Shown in pieces: positions 1-9,154 of a stretch of 64,000 nucleotides of DNA. This DNA is from Escherichia phage REP4. Below the pieces are notes generated by a model. It ran no database searches. It had not been told where the DNA came from and saw only the letters and a list, made by a program, of their open reading frames with translations. The position numbers were made by a program, and so were the translations under genes. The stretch is taken from sequence record OQ174503.1. One strand, 5' to 3'. Each line of letters opens with the position of its first letter. Position 1 is the stretch's first letter.

Positions 1-111
1 AACCAAAGTTACTTCATGACCATTTTTAATAAACCAATCACGTTGCTCAAGAGAAAATTTAGTTACACCACAACCTTCAAGACCTCGAGCCATAAAAATG
101 CATACTTTCAT
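1..111 (-). CDS. a-gt: alpha-glucosyltransferase, N-terminal 37 codons (gene continues beyond window start)
   Basis: Minus-strand translation from ATG at 111 reads MKVCIFMARGLEGCGVTKFSLEQRDWFIKNGHEVTLV, matching the T4 AGT N-terminus as I recall it. Confidence 0.75.
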   Translation of the reverse strand, partial: MKVCIFMARGLEGCGVTKFSLEQRDWFIKNGHEVTLV

Positions 112-354
112 TTAATATCCTCATTGTTTTGGTTTATTTTACCAAAAATTTATAAAGCAATATAGGAGCCGAAGCTCCTATCCACATAATACACCATACA
201 GAGGCTCATTAGAGCTTCTAAATTTTATGCGCTTATATGTTATAGTTCCTTCTGCTTTAGCTTTATCGTGAGCCTCTTTAAAGCGTCTCATCATTTCTAC
301 TTTAGAGGAACGAATTTTATTATAATCTATTTCAGAAGTCTGGGTGTTCATCTT

Positions 355-561
355 TCACAATTGCCACCATTTTTTGACTTGATAAGAATCAACCCACACT
401 TTCATATTAGGGTCTGCTCTTACAATAGGAGGATTAACTTCTTTGATTGAACTATCATGGTATTCTTTTTCAGAAATTTTCACGCAAAGATGACCGTTCA
501 AAGATTCAGTAAATCCTGCATTAATTTTAAGACGCTTGAATTTTACGTGTGTAAGCATCAA
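355..561 (-). CDS. hypothetical small protein
   Basis: 68-aa ORF in the a-gt/55 intergenic block; overlaps stop of the upstream ORF; no recognisable motif. Confidence 0.3.
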   Translation of the reverse strand: MMLTHVKFKRLKINAGFTESLNGHLCVKISEKEYHDSSIKEVNPPIVRADPNMKVWVDSYQVKKWWQL

Positions 562-844
562 TCATATCCTCAATCTGCGATCTAGTAGTCTTCCAAAGAA
601 TACTAATGAGTTCATCGTTATATGGCTGTTTTAGAATATCCCGACTTTTCTTGATAGCATATTCGTATTGAGCAAAATTATTGTTTTCAGCTGCAATCTG
701 AGCGTGCTTATAAAGACGGTTCAGTTCGCGTTTATTTTTAGACAATAACTTATTTGCTTTTCTTTCTGCTTCAAGACGGTTCTTTTCTTCAATAGAAGAA
801 ATAAGCTTTTCCACTTCATCATTAATTTCGGGTTTATCAGTCAT
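527..844 (-). CDS. hypothetical protein, charged/coiled-coil
   Basis: 105-aa ORF, tightly packed with neighbours on the early strand. Confidence 0.5.
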   Translation of the reverse strand: MTDKPEINDEVEKLISSIEEKNRLEAERKANKLLSKNKRELNRLYKHAQIAAENNNFAQYEYAIKKSRDILKQPYNDELISILWKTTRSQIEDMIDAYTRKIQAS

Positions 845-845
845 A

Positions 846-1064
846 TTATTTCTCTAATATAAAATAAAAATCATCATCTGTTAAATGATACCGATAGTTT
901 AATTCTACACCATTAGATTTAAAAGCGGTATCATACGGATTTTCTGGATCAATATCAATGTCAAGAGCTAAAACTTCCCTGAGATACATTTTAAGTAAAT
1001 AGGGAATAGCTTCAACTTCAGGTATTTCTTCCAAGAATCCGGAGAGGTTAATCGTTAGCCTCAT
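846..1064 (-). CDS. hypothetical protein
   Basis: 72-aa ORF whose start overlaps the 3' end of gene 55. Confidence 0.45.
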   Translation of the reverse strand: MRLTINLSGFLEEIPEVEAIPYLLKMYLREVLALDIDIDPENPYDTAFKSNGVELNYRYHLTDDDFYFILEK

Positions 1065-1605
1065 ATAAAAAATCCAAACTAGGAGAATCGTCTACAACAC
1101 TTTTCTTTTCAGCCCCTAGTGTTCTATAGGTTGATTCTTCGTAATGCGTCATTTTATCATAGATGTCTTGAATAAAAGTTTCATCTACTAACGCAACCAT
1201 ATCGTCGTCACGACTGTCATAGACATTGTGAACGAAGTAACTATATTTCTTTGCAACTTCCTTACGTTCTTTTTTAATACGTTGGACGAATGCATTAAAA
1301 CAAGCTTGAGTTATATATGCATGTGGGTTTTTATATTTCGTTTCATCAAAATTATGAAGCCCCTTAATAGAAGCTTCTATACCATCTGCAATCATTTCTT
1401 GTTTCCAGGATTGGGTGTATCCTGAAAAGTTGAAACGTTTAGATAAGCCTTCTGCAATAAGCATAATGGCTAATCCGATAGTATCATTCTGACGAACTAC
1501 TTTATTTGGGTCTTTATTATTTGCTAATTCTGTTTTCCAATCAATAATAGCTTGTAAAAGCTCTTTATTGTTTACGTAATTATATTTAGGCTTAGTTTCT
1601 GACAT
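1048..1605 (-). CDS. 55: late-transcription sigma factor gp55
   Basis: Reads [24 protein letters not shown]... 185 aa from the second ATG, matching T4 gp55 sequence and length. Confidence 0.9.
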   Translation of the reverse strand: MSETKPKYNYVNNKELLQAIIDWKTELANNKDPNKVVRQNDTIGLAIMLIAEGLSKRFNFSGYTQSWKQEMIADGIEASIKGLHNFDETKYKNPHAYITQACFNAFVQRIKKERKEVAKKYSYFVHNVYDSRDDDMVALVDETFIQDIYDKMTHYEESTYRTLGAEKKSVVDDSPSLDFLYEAND

Positions 1606-1683
1606 TTTCACCTCTTAGCTCAATTCATAGATCTATTATATCATAATATTTGAAGATCTATCTTAAAGCATAGAGGATATCAG

Positions 1684-1953
1684 TTATCTAAGTAAACAGT
1701 ATGCTTGGAACACTTTCTCCATCATCTTTTTAAATTCATGAATATCTATGTAATGACTAGTTAAATCAGCATGATATAAAAAGTCTAAAAACTTTTCATG
1801 TGTGCTAACATATTCACTTTCATTTAATTCAGAAACATGGCTTTCCCAATATCCAACACCAGTCTTATTTGGGAAAAATGAAATTTTCATATATTGGTCA
1901 ACATAGAAAATTCCATAATTTTCAATAGTAATAGAAATATTAATAAATTTCAT
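1684..1953 (-). CDS. hypothetical protein
   Basis: 89-aa ORF; stop overlaps start of next ORF. Confidence 0.5.
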   Translation of the reverse strand: MKFINISITIENYGIFYVDQYMKISFFPNKTGVGYWESHVSELNESEYVSTHEKFLDFLYHADLTSHYIDIHEFKKMMEKVFQAYCLLR

Positions 1954-2165
1954 GCATTCATCAACTTAGCCGCTTCAAGAGCTGCATCTAGTGAATCAAA
2001 TTGGTCAACATATTCAATCAGTTTACCGTAATTGGCATATAACCACCATTGACTAAATTCATACTCAAGGATGAATCCGTTTCCTTCAATTTGAGTTAAA
2101 CCAATGCCGTTTGTATTTACTTCATATCCGGCAAGACGTAAATCGTTAATAAGAGCTTCGTTCAT
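1950..2165 (-). CDS. hypothetical protein
   Basis: 71-aa ORF, translationally coupled. Confidence 0.5.
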   Translation of the reverse strand: MNEALINDLRLAGYEVNTNGIGLTQIEGNGFILEYEFSQWWLYANYGKLIEYVDQFDSLDAALEAAKLMNA

Positions 2166-2167
2166 AA

Positions 2168-2494
2168 TTATGCCTTAGTAATTTTCAGGTCAGCAAATTT
2201 TTTCTTGCGTTGATTTTTCATACGACGAATAGTTTTATCAGAAATTTCATGCTTTTGATAAGCTTTAGATTCTACACCAAAAGCTTTAACATCAAATTCT
2301 GACAGGATATATTGAACCAACAATTCACGTATAGTATTGCGTCCAATTTTCTGATCATTCTTTTTCATCGTCTGATGAAGCTCTTTTTCCCATTTATCCA
2401 AAATTTGAGGAGTTACAATATCGCCTTTTTCTAGCAAAGAAACTACTTTATCATATGCATAAGAATTGATGGCGTTTTTAATTTGAATAGTCAT
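2168..2494 (-). CDS. hypothetical basic protein
   Basis: 108-aa ORF with lysine/arginine-rich C-terminus. Confidence 0.5.
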   Translation of the reverse strand: MTIQIKNAINSYAYDKVVSLLEKGDIVTPQILDKWEKELHQTMKKNDQKIGRNTIRELLVQYILSEFDVKAFGVESKAYQKHEISDKTIRRMKNQRKKKFADLKITKA

Positions 2495-2526
2495 ACATTA
2501 TCCTCAATTGCGTTAAAATTTTATTA

Positions 2527-2548
2527 TCCAAAAAGGGCCGAAGCCCTT
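2527..2548 (-). terminator. hairpin terminator (AAGGGC-UUCG-GCCCUU followed by U-run on minus strand)
   Basis: 6-bp GC stem with tetraloop at 2533-2548, T5 tract immediately 3' on the transcribed strand. Confidence 0.5.
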
Positions 2549-2747
2549 AGCTAAACTTTTTGGCACCCTTCCAGCCTTCGTACATCATTGCGGCTGATAT
2601 TAATATTGCTCCTGCGCATTTTGAATATTTGTGATTCCAAAACCAGTTCAGAAAAACTTCGTCATCAATACCTTGGGCTATCATATTTTCAAAGAACTGA
2701 CGACGAGCTTCGGCAATTCGTTGTGATAATTTAGATTCAGGATTCAT
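2547..2747 (-). CDS. hypothetical protein
   Basis: 66-aa ORF. Confidence 0.45.
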   Translation of the reverse strand: MNPESKLSQRIAEARRQFFENMIAQGIDDEVFLNWFWNHKYSKCAGAILISAAMMYEGWKGAKKFS

Positions 2748-2963
2748 TTAAATTTTCCAGTTACCGTTTTCATCAATGAATTTAATCCAGTCATTTACTG
2801 ACCACTTGGTCGTATCACCTTTTGGAGTAACATTTAAAGTGTATAATCCTTGTTTAAAAAGCATACGTTTGATATTCATATTTTCCTCAGCTGTAACGAT
2901 AACACTCGTTTGATTTGCGCTTAGCAACTCGTTGAGAAGTATTGTAATCAAAATCATCGTCAA
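2748..2963 (-). CDS. hypothetical protein
   Basis: 71-aa ORF. Confidence 0.45.
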   Translation of the reverse strand: MTMILITILLNELLSANQTSVIVTAEENMNIKRMLFKQGLYTLNVTPKGDTTKWSVNDWIKFIDENGNWKI

Positions 2964-3180
2964 TGTAAACTGATTTTTTCAACTTTCTTACTTCACTACG
3001 TAATTGACGATTTAGCTCATCTTTAACTTCTGAATCAATGCCTTTCATTCTACGCCATTTATCTGAGCGAAAAATGTTTTCAACCATATCTTTATGACTT
3101 ACACCATCAGGAGCTTTACGCTTTCCGAAATAGTCATAATCACGTACTTTTAAATCTTTACGACGATACGTTTTACCCAT
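2887..3180 (-). CDS. hypothetical basic protein
   Basis: Start refined to internal ATG (MGKTYRRKD...), which overlaps the stop of the upstream 58-aa ORF. Confidence 0.45.
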   Translation of the reverse strand: MGKTYRRKDLKVRDYDYFGKRKAPDGVSHKDMVENIFRSDKWRRMKGIDSEVKDELNRQLRSEVRKLKKSVYIDDDFDYNTSQRVAKRKSNECYRYS

Positions 3181-3349
3181 GGAGTTTAATTTCCTTAGCA
3201 ACTGAACTAAATACAGCACGATCACAAATCATGTGTTTGTTCCATTTAAGTACAGTATAATGAACATCTAGATCATCTACTGCTGTAACAATAACAATAT
3301 GTCCGTTAACACGATAATACTGATCCCTTTTAATCTCTTTATCAACCAT
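3173..3349 (-). CDS. hypothetical small protein (58 aa, not in ORF track)
   Basis: ATG at 3349 with GAGGAA ribosome-binding site, directly downstream of an early promoter; reads MVDKEIKRDQYYRVNGHIVIV... Confidence 0.4.
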   Translation of the reverse strand: MVDKEIKRDQYYRVNGHIVIVTAVDDLDVHYTVLKWNKHMICDRAVFSSVAKEIKLHG

Positions 3350-3379
3350 ATCAATTCCTCAAAGGCAATTCATATGTTA

Positions 3380-3409
3380 ATAATACCACAGTTTGAACTT
3401 GTTGTAAAC
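3380..3409 (-). promoter_or_regulatory. sigma70-type early promoter (-35 TTTACA, 17-bp spacer, -10 TATTAT)
   Basis: Member of the repeated GTTTACA...TGTGG-TA(c/t)(t/a)AT family seen throughout the early region. Confidence 0.55.
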
Positions 3410-3506
3410 AACTTTGTGAAAATTATTTTAGGGAATGATAAGAAGTGAATGATAGTTAGAATGGTAATATACAGAATGTGAGAAAGAAAGGCCCAGAGGG
3501 CCCGTC

Positions 3507-3830
3507 TTAGTCTTCTATGATATCTCTATCATATCCAAGTGAAATGAGAGTTTCTTTGAAGTGTTTAATGTTCTTTTGTCTAGAATCATTAATGAAAATG
3601 ACTGGATAACGAATGTTAAGAGATGTGAATCCAGCGCGTTTAGCAAGAGATACAATCAGTGGACGATCATACTCAATCTTACCATTATTTGTAAGAACTT
3701 TATAGAAAGTAAAAGGAGCATTGAGCTCCTTTAGAAGTTTTGTAACTGATTGACATCCAGGACAACGACCTACTTCATCTGGAATTCCATAGACTTCAAT
3801 CTTATTCTTTAAGTTCGAGTTTTGTTCCAC
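3507..3830 (-). CDS. nrdH: glutaredoxin-like protein (NrdH-like redoxin)
   Basis: CPGC redox motif after a beta-strand (KIEVYG...GRCPGCQ); sits next to nrdG as in T4. Start uncertain: proposed GTG at 3830 preceded by AAGGA; the 150-aa ORF-track version overlaps the upstream gene. Confidence 0.5.
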   Translation of the reverse strand: MEQNSNLKNKIEVYGIPDEVGRCPGCQSVTKLLKELNAPFTFYKVLTNNGKIEYDRPLIVSLAKRAGFTSLNIRYPVIFINDSRQKNIKHFKETLISLGYDRDIIED

Positions 3831-4113
3831 GAGAAATAATTCCTTGATAAGCCCAGTATGGCGGGTTAACAGAATCATCGCCAGAATTTTCTTCAGGAAA
3901 ATAAACCTGGATAACAAATCCAGATGCGTCAAAGGTAAAATACACCGTAGGTAATTCACCTAACAATTCAGCACGGTTATTAATTTCTTCGAGTTCTCGT
4001 TCTCGTCCAGCCCAAAAACTAGGATTTAGACTACATTCATAGAAATAATAGTCATTACCGAACATATCAAAACCCTTCCAACTCTCTACCACATACCGCT
4101 CAAAACTAATCAT
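3802..4113 (-). CDS. hypothetical protein
   Basis: 103-aa ORF between nrdG and the redoxin. Confidence 0.5.
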   Translation of the reverse strand: MISFERYVVESWKGFDMFGNDYYFYECSLNPSFWAGRERELEEINNRAELLGELPTVYFTFDASGFVIQVYFPEENSGDDSVNPPYWAYQGIISRGTKLELKE

Positions 4114-4115
4114 AA

Positions 4116-4355
4116 TTAAGCCTTTTTATCAAGAACAGCATTCAGCTTGTTAGTAATTTTATCCAGACGCTCATTGAACTCACTAGAAGATAAGCCTTTT
4201 TCTGGAGAAATTAAGCTAATCACGAAAAATATAGCAATAAAAGGAATAAGAAAAATAGCACCAACTGCCATAAACAAAAAGAACGTTACAGTTGTAAGAA
4301 AATCAGCTAAACCTTTACGAAATTTATACATATTTACCCTTAATTGATTAACCAA
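4116..4355 (-). CDS. small membrane protein
   Basis: 79 aa with one long hydrophobic segment (FLTTVTFFLFMAVGAIFLIPFIAIFFVISLI). Confidence 0.5.
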   Translation of the reverse strand: MVNQLRVNMYKFRKGLADFLTTVTFFLFMAVGAIFLIPFIAIFFVISLISPEKGLSSSEFNERLDKITNKLNAVLDKKA

Positions 4356-4445
4356 GCATTGATAAGTACTAAACTATACTGCGAATAAAATTCTGGACCA
4401 AAATGAAAAATCATATCATTTATAGTATCAATAATATAATTCAGT

Positions 4446-4916
4446 TTAATCATGTTTCCACACCCCATCGGTATTTGACCAAAGTCGCTGATTATCTGAA
4501 CCTCGCCACAGCTTTTTGGTCGGAAGATTTTTCTCATACTTCCCATCAATAATAACATCAACATATTTAAGCATTTCTAGTTGTTTAATATCTTCAAACT
4601 TATATCCTGTCCACAACCAAATGCTTTTATTTGGATAAAGATTTTTTACCGTTTGAACAATGCAATGAACATCATCTCGGTTATCAGGATAAAGAGGGTC
4701 TCCTCCAGTTATAGTTAATCCTTCTATATAATCATTATTCAAACATTCAATTAATTGTTCAAGTGTTTCACCAGTGAATGGAACGCCATTTCTAGCATTC
4801 CATGTTGATTTATTATAACACCCTTCACATTTATGCAAACACCCCGTAACGAAAAGAACGACCCTGCATCCAGGGCCATTCACAAAATCGCAGGGATAAA
4901 ATCTATCGTAATTCAT
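4446..4916 (-). CDS. nrdG: anaerobic ribonucleotide reductase activating enzyme (radical SAM)
   Basis: 156 aa, CxxxCxxC radical-SAM cluster motif (CLHKCEGC), ATGA overlap with nrdD. Confidence 0.9.
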   Translation of the reverse strand: MNYDRFYPCDFVNGPGCRVVLFVTGCLHKCEGCYNKSTWNARNGVPFTGETLEQLIECLNNDYIEGLTITGGDPLYPDNRDDVHCIVQTVKNLYPNKSIWLWTGYKFEDIKQLEMLKYVDVIIDGKYEKNLPTKKLWRGSDNQRLWSNTDGVWKHD

Positions 4917-6730
4917 TGGTGTTTAACCCTATGCATGATTTCTTTATTTTTGCCAAGATTAAATCCGCGTTCGTTCGGATTTCCCAAATAACCACAAGTT
5001 CTTCTTATTGTGTTCATCTTTTTAGGATCAGTTTCTCCACAAATAGAACAAACAAATCCGTTTTCAGTAGGAGTCATTTCATGGGTACTTCCACACGTAA
5101 AACATTTATCTACTGGCATGTTAACACCAAAATAATCTAAATGTTGTGCAGCATAATCCCATACAGCCTCAAGACCTTTTAGGTTATTTTTCATATCAGG
5201 AAGTTCAACATAAGAAATGTGACCGCCTGTCGCAATGAAATGATATGGGGCTTCGCGAGAAATCTTTTCAAACGGAGTAATATTTTCTTCTACTGAAACG
5301 TGGAAACTGTTGGTGTACCAGCCTTTATCAGTAACATCCTTTACACTTCCATATTTTTCGGTATCAAGTTTACAGAAGCGATAGCACAGGTTTTCAGCAG
5401 GAGTAGAATACAAACTAAAAGCAAAACCAGTTCTTTCAGTCCACTGCTTAAGACGAGCATTCATTTTAGTTAAAATTTCTTGTCCAATATCACGACCGAC
5501 AAGAATATTCAATTCGTGAATACCAATGTATCCTAGGGACACTGAACTTCTACCGTTTTTAAATAACTCAATTATGTCGTCGTCAGGTTTAAGACGAACC
5601 CCGAATGCACCTTCTTGGTAAAGAATAGGAGCAACAGTCGCTTTAACTCCTTTTAAGGAACTAATTCTACACATCAAAGCTTCAAAACATAAATCCATTC
5701 GTTCATTGAACAATTCGGCAAATTTCTGTTCATTGAACTGTGTTCCAGTATAAGAATCTAACGCAATACGAGGAAGATTCAGTGTTACAACACCAAGATT
5801 ATTACGTCCATCAAGAATTTCATTACCAGTCGAATCTTTCCATACACTCAAGAAACTACGACAACCCATTGGAGAAACAGGAATAGATGAACCGGTGATA
5901 GCTTTATTGTTCTTAGCCGAAATGATGTCAGGATACATTCTTTTGCTTGCACACTCTAAAGCAAGCTGCTTAATATCATAGTTCGGATCGTCTTTATAAA
6001 GATTAACACCCTCTTCAACGAACATAACAAGCTTAGGGAAAATAGGAGTTATCCCATCACGACCAAGGCCTTTAATACGATTTTTCAGAATTGCTTTCTG
6101 AATCATTCGTTCAGTCCAGTCAGTTCCCGTACCAAATGTAATTGTTACAAAAGGCGTTTGTCCGTTTGAACTAAAGAGAGTATTTACTTCATATTCATAA
6201 GCTTGGAACGCATCGTATACGTCTTTTTCTGTTTTAGACTGGGCGTAATTCAACGCATCAGCGATTTGCCATTTTTCTGCATCCTCAATATGTTTTGCGT
6301 AGGTGCGTTTAACATAAGGAGAAAGGACTTTATCTACATTCGCAAAAGTCGTTCCGCCATATTGATGGGAAGCAACCTGCGCAGTAATTTGTGCCATAAT
6401 TGCAGTAGCAACGCCAATTGATTTAGGAGTTTCAATCTGTGCATTACCGAGCTTAAATCCGTTCTCAAGCATTCCTTTTAAATCTACTAAACAACAATTA
6501 GTAAATGGAAGAGCAGGAGAATAATCAATATCATGGAAATGGATAATTCCGCTTTCATGCGCTTTCATAATAAAAGACGGGACCATATTTTTGGCAATGT
6601 GTTTAGACACAATACCAGCCATAAGGTCCCGTTGAGTTGGAAAAACACGAGAATCTTTATTAGCATTCTCGTTTAAAAGGTCTTTATTAGTTTTATGAAT
6701 TAATCCTTCAATTTCTTTTTCAATTGTCAT
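4913..6730 (-). CDS. nrdD: anaerobic ribonucleoside-triphosphate reductase, uninterrupted
   Basis: 605 aa; C-terminal glycyl-radical motif RRTCGYLG and Zn-ribbon cysteines; contiguous ORF with no intron. Confidence 0.95.
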   Translation of the reverse strand: MTIEKEIEGLIHKTNKDLLNENANKDSRVFPTQRDLMAGIVSKHIAKNMVPSFIMKAHESGIIHFHDIDYSPALPFTNCCLVDLKGMLENGFKLGNAQIETPKSIGVATAIMAQITAQVASHQYGGTTFANVDKVLSPYVKRTYAKHIEDAEKWQIADALNYAQSKTEKDVYDAFQAYEYEVNTLFSSNGQTPFVTITFGTGTDWTERMIQKAILKNRIKGLGRDGITPIFPKLVMFVEEGVNLYKDDPNYDIKQLALECASKRMYPDIISAKNNKAITGSSIPVSPMGCRSFLSVWKDSTGNEILDGRNNLGVVTLNLPRIALDSYTGTQFNEQKFAELFNERMDLCFEALMCRISSLKGVKATVAPILYQEGAFGVRLKPDDDIIELFKNGRSSVSLGYIGIHELNILVGRDIGQEILTKMNARLKQWTERTGFAFSLYSTPAENLCYRFCKLDTEKYGSVKDVTDKGWYTNSFHVSVEENITPFEKISREAPYHFIATGGHISYVELPDMKNNLKGLEAVWDYAAQHLDYFGVNMPVDKCFTCGSTHEMTPTENGFVCSICGETDPKKMNTIRRTCGYLGNPNERGFNLGKNKEIMHRVKHQ

Positions 6731-7200
6731 TTTAAACTCTTTCTAAGCTGCTTCTTAAATGAAGCTATTAATTGTGTTTTAGTGTCAGATTCATTATATT
6801 CAAATCCTCTTTGAAGCATCTCAGCCATCATTTCCTCTTTTCCTAAACGAGAAAATTCCTTTGATTTATCTCCAACAAAGTTAGGGTGAATATTATTTTG
6901 GGTGTAATCGGATTTTAAATAAGTAAGTAAATTTTCTAACCATTCAAGATAATCAACACCTTGTCCCTTTAAGCCAGAACGATTAAATTTATGCTTCATT
7001 TGACCTTCCGCAGCATTGCAAAGATTACAGAGCAATCCACGCACCTTTCCAGCTTTCGGTCCATTTAATTCATGGTCATGGTCAAGGTGATTAGCTTGAA
7101 CATCAGGATTTAGTTCTCGTTGGCAAATTAAGCATTTACCGTTTTGTGCATCATAAAATTTTTGTTTTTCTTCTTTGTACAATTTGCCAGTCAATAACAT
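6727..7200 (-). CDS. 49: endonuclease VII (Holliday junction resolvase)
   Basis: 157 aa, Zn-binding CxxC...CNLCN and HLDHDH motif; matches T4 gp49 length and sequence. Confidence 0.9.
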   Translation of the reverse strand: MLLTGKLYKEEKQKFYDAQNGKCLICQRELNPDVQANHLDHDHELNGPKAGKVRGLLCNLCNAAEGQMKHKFNRSGLKGQGVDYLEWLENLLTYLKSDYTQNNIHPNFVGDKSKEFSRLGKEEMMAEMLQRGFEYNESDTKTQLIASFKKQLRKSLK

Positions 7201-7249
7201 AATAAAACCCTTACCTTGAATAGATAAGGGTATTTATTATTTTCAAGTA

Positions 7250-7696
7250 TTAAAACGCTCGGTCAGAAAAAGAAATTTGAGTTTCAAGCCATTCAATATA
7301 TTCTGCCGCAGCTTGCATCAAATTTCCTTCATAACCATCGTTATTTTCTTGTGCAGCTAATTTAGCTAATGCATATGAAATACGTTCACCTTGAAAAGCG
7401 GCTTTAGGTTTATGAATAGTTTGATCAACTCGTTCTACAACTTCTTCAATTTCGCCATTTTCTACTGATTCAGTATTCCACAAGCACCAATACGTAATTG
7501 GCTTATCGTAGATGTTAATAATCTTTCCATCAGAAAGTTCAATTTCAATAATTCCAGTATCAGGTTCTATATCATCTTCACATTCTTTTGCAAGTTCACG
7601 AACTTTAAAGACAGTACCTGCACTAAGTTCAGGCCAGTAATTACACAGCCCTGTATCAGCACGATTAATTCTAAACCACTTATCTACTGTAATCAT
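7250..7696 (-). CDS. hypothetical protein at the T4 pin position
   Basis: ORF after gene 49; start refined to MITVDKWF..., which overlaps the stop of a small upstream ORF. Identity with pin not verified. Confidence 0.45.
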   Translation of the reverse strand: MITVDKWFRINRADTGLCNYWPELSAGTVFKVRELAKECEDDIEPDTGIIEIELSDGKIINIYDKPITYWCLWNTESVENGEIEEVVERVDQTIHKPKAAFQGERISYALAKLAAQENNDGYEGNLMQAAAEYIEWLETQISFSDRAF

Positions 7697-7835
7697 GTCC
7701 CATCTCCATATCAATTAAGTCATTTATTGTTGGTTCATTATATACTGTTTCTTCATCAGTGTAAACCGGTTCTTCCGGCTCTGGCTCTACTGTTTCCCAT
7801 CTAGCCGCCCACCAGGGTTTTATAGCGTAATCCAT
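7680..7835 (-). CDS. hypothetical small acidic protein (51 aa, not in ORF track)
   Basis: Reads MDYAIKPWWAARWETVEPEPEEPVYTDEE...; translationally coupled to flanking genes. Confidence 0.3.
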   Translation of the reverse strand: MDYAIKPWWAARWETVEPEPEEPVYTDEETVYNEPTINDLIDMEMGHDYSR

Positions 7836-8128
7836 TCTCGTACTGTCTGAGTTACTACACGTTCTCGAGGTTCGACTAGTTCAACAGTCGGAACTGCATA
7901 ATACCAGTCAGAATGGTAAGAACCTGAGCGAGATTCATTTACAGCCACATGAACATTGTGTTTTGGACTAAAATAAACACATTGCCGATATTGGCATTTG
8001 CCATCTTGTACCCAGTCTTCTATTTCGATAGGTTTAAGATAATCCGAAAAATCGAAATCATAGTTTTCTGAAAATGCATCATGGTCTTCGATTATTTCGC
8101 TCAGAACTGCATCAACATCGTAAATCAT
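7820..8128 (-). CDS. hypothetical protein
   Basis: 102-aa ORF between 49 and nrdC. Confidence 0.5.
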   Translation of the reverse strand: MIYDVDAVLSEIIEDHDAFSENYDFDFSDYLKPIEIEDWVQDGKCQYRQCVYFSPKHNVHVAVNESRSGSYHSDWYYAVPTVELVEPRERVVTQTVREWITL

Positions 8129-8130
8129 AT

Positions 8131-8346
8131 TTACCCCAGTTTAACCATGCAATCGCCATATTTCCATTTAGAAATAGACTTTTCACCATTAGAATAATAA
8201 ACTTCGAGTTTAGCGCGGCCATTTTTAATTTGAATAACTTTTGCTGTCATCAAAGTTCCATACCCATAATAAACTGCAACCTCATCACCCACATATACCG
8301 CGCTTCCACGGTAGTCATGGATATAATCAGTTCCTTCAAGCATCAT
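8131..8346 (-). CDS. hypothetical protein
   Basis: 71-aa ORF; ATGA-type overlap with nrdC. Confidence 0.5.
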   Translation of the reverse strand: MMLEGTDYIHDYRGSAVYVGDEVAVYYGYGTLMTAKVIQIKNGRAKLEVYYSNGEKSISKWKYGDCMVKLG

Positions 8347-8606
8347 TTAAAGTATTCACGCAATTGGTCAAATCCACCAATATGACTTCCGTCAGGAGCA
8401 AATACCTGAGGCATCGTCAATCCGATTTGAGTATCACGACCCAGTTTAGTCAGAAGCTCAGCGATTTTCTCATCATCAAAAACACCTTTTTCCGGCATAA
8501 TGTTGATAAATTCAAACGGCTGTTTCTTCACAGTCAAGAGACGTTTTGCATTATCGCAATACACACATTTGTGGATGTTGCTATCATAACCATATACTTT
8601 AAACAT
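8343..8606 (-). CDS. nrdC: T4 thioredoxin/glutaredoxin
   Basis: 87 aa, MFKVYGYDSNIHKCVYCDNAKRLL... with CVYC active site, matching T4 NrdC. Confidence 0.9.
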   Translation of the reverse strand: MFKVYGYDSNIHKCVYCDNAKRLLTVKKQPFEFINIMPEKGVFDDEKIAELLTKLGRDTQIGLTMPQVFAPDGSHIGGFDQLREYFK

Positions 8607-8607
8607 A

Positions 8608-8865
8608 TTATTCCTTAATTCCTAGTACTTGTTTAAAAGTCTCGTCATAATCAAGACTTTGGCCCGTTTGTTCTTTATGTTTGTATATAATATCACTTAC
8701 TTCTGATAGCATATTTTTATATGAACGAGTTAAAGCAGATTTAAGCACGCTGTATCTATCAGGAAATTTACCATGTTCATTATAATAAGCTATTGCTAAT
8801 TCACGGACTGCTTTTTCAGCAATCTCCATATATTCTTTACGCTTTTTCATTTTCTTCTCGGTCAA
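8608..8865 (-). CDS. hypothetical protein (nrdC.1 position)
   Basis: 85-aa ORF. Confidence 0.5.
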   Translation of the reverse strand: MTEKKMKKRKEYMEIAEKAVRELAIAYYNEHGKFPDRYSVLKSALTRSYKNMLSEVSDIIYKHKEQTGQSLDYDETFKQVLGIKE

Positions 8866-9154
8866 ATCGATGTTTACAATGACGACATTTATAACGAAGA
8901 TTACTAGTCTGCCAATGAACTAATTGTACCTGTTCAGTACCACATTTTGGGCAGTTCGGAACATTCTTAGAAGCCCTTTCGCGGCGTTCAACCATAGCCA
9001 TAATAGCATCCCAGGCTGGAGGTTTAAAATCTAAATCGTCACAACCATGAATCTTTCCACGCATTTCTAAATCGTCTTCTTCACCATCCATAATAATTTT
9101 AATTAGACTGGAATTACTTGAAGCTGCAATATCTTCTAATAAGCGCTTTTTCAT
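8837..9154 (-). CDS. zinc-ribbon protein (nrdC.2 position)
   Basis: 105 aa with CPKC...CRHC four-cysteine motif. Confidence 0.5.
   Translation of the reverse strand: MKKRLLEDIAASSNSSLIKIIMDGEEDDLEMRGKIHGCDDLDFKPPAWDAIMAMVERRERASKNVPNCPKCGTEQVQLVHWQTSNLRYKCRHCKHRFDREENEKA

Noticed and set aside
2168-2494. Basic 108-aa ORF as a remnant of a homing-endonuclease DNA-binding domain
   Set aside because: No GIY-YIG or HNH catalytic motif in it or in adjacent frames; a basic C-terminus alone is insufficient.
3507-3959. Full 150-aa version of the redoxin ORF starting at 3959
   Set aside because: Its first 50 codons overlap the preceding gene in another frame and are hydrophobic and low-complexity; a shorter product starting near 3830 (GTG behind AAGGA) is more plausible, though the exact start remains uncertain.
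4913-6730. Possible group I intron or intein in nrdD
   Set aside because: The ORF is contiguous at 605 codons with N- and C-terminal motifs in one frame; no insertion is present.
8074-8618. Plus-strand ORFs (8074-8385, 8241-8618) in the nrdC region
   Set aside because: They lie entirely antisense to well-supported minus-strand genes (nrdC and neighbours), have no ribosome-binding sites and are low-complexity translations; taken as frame artefacts.
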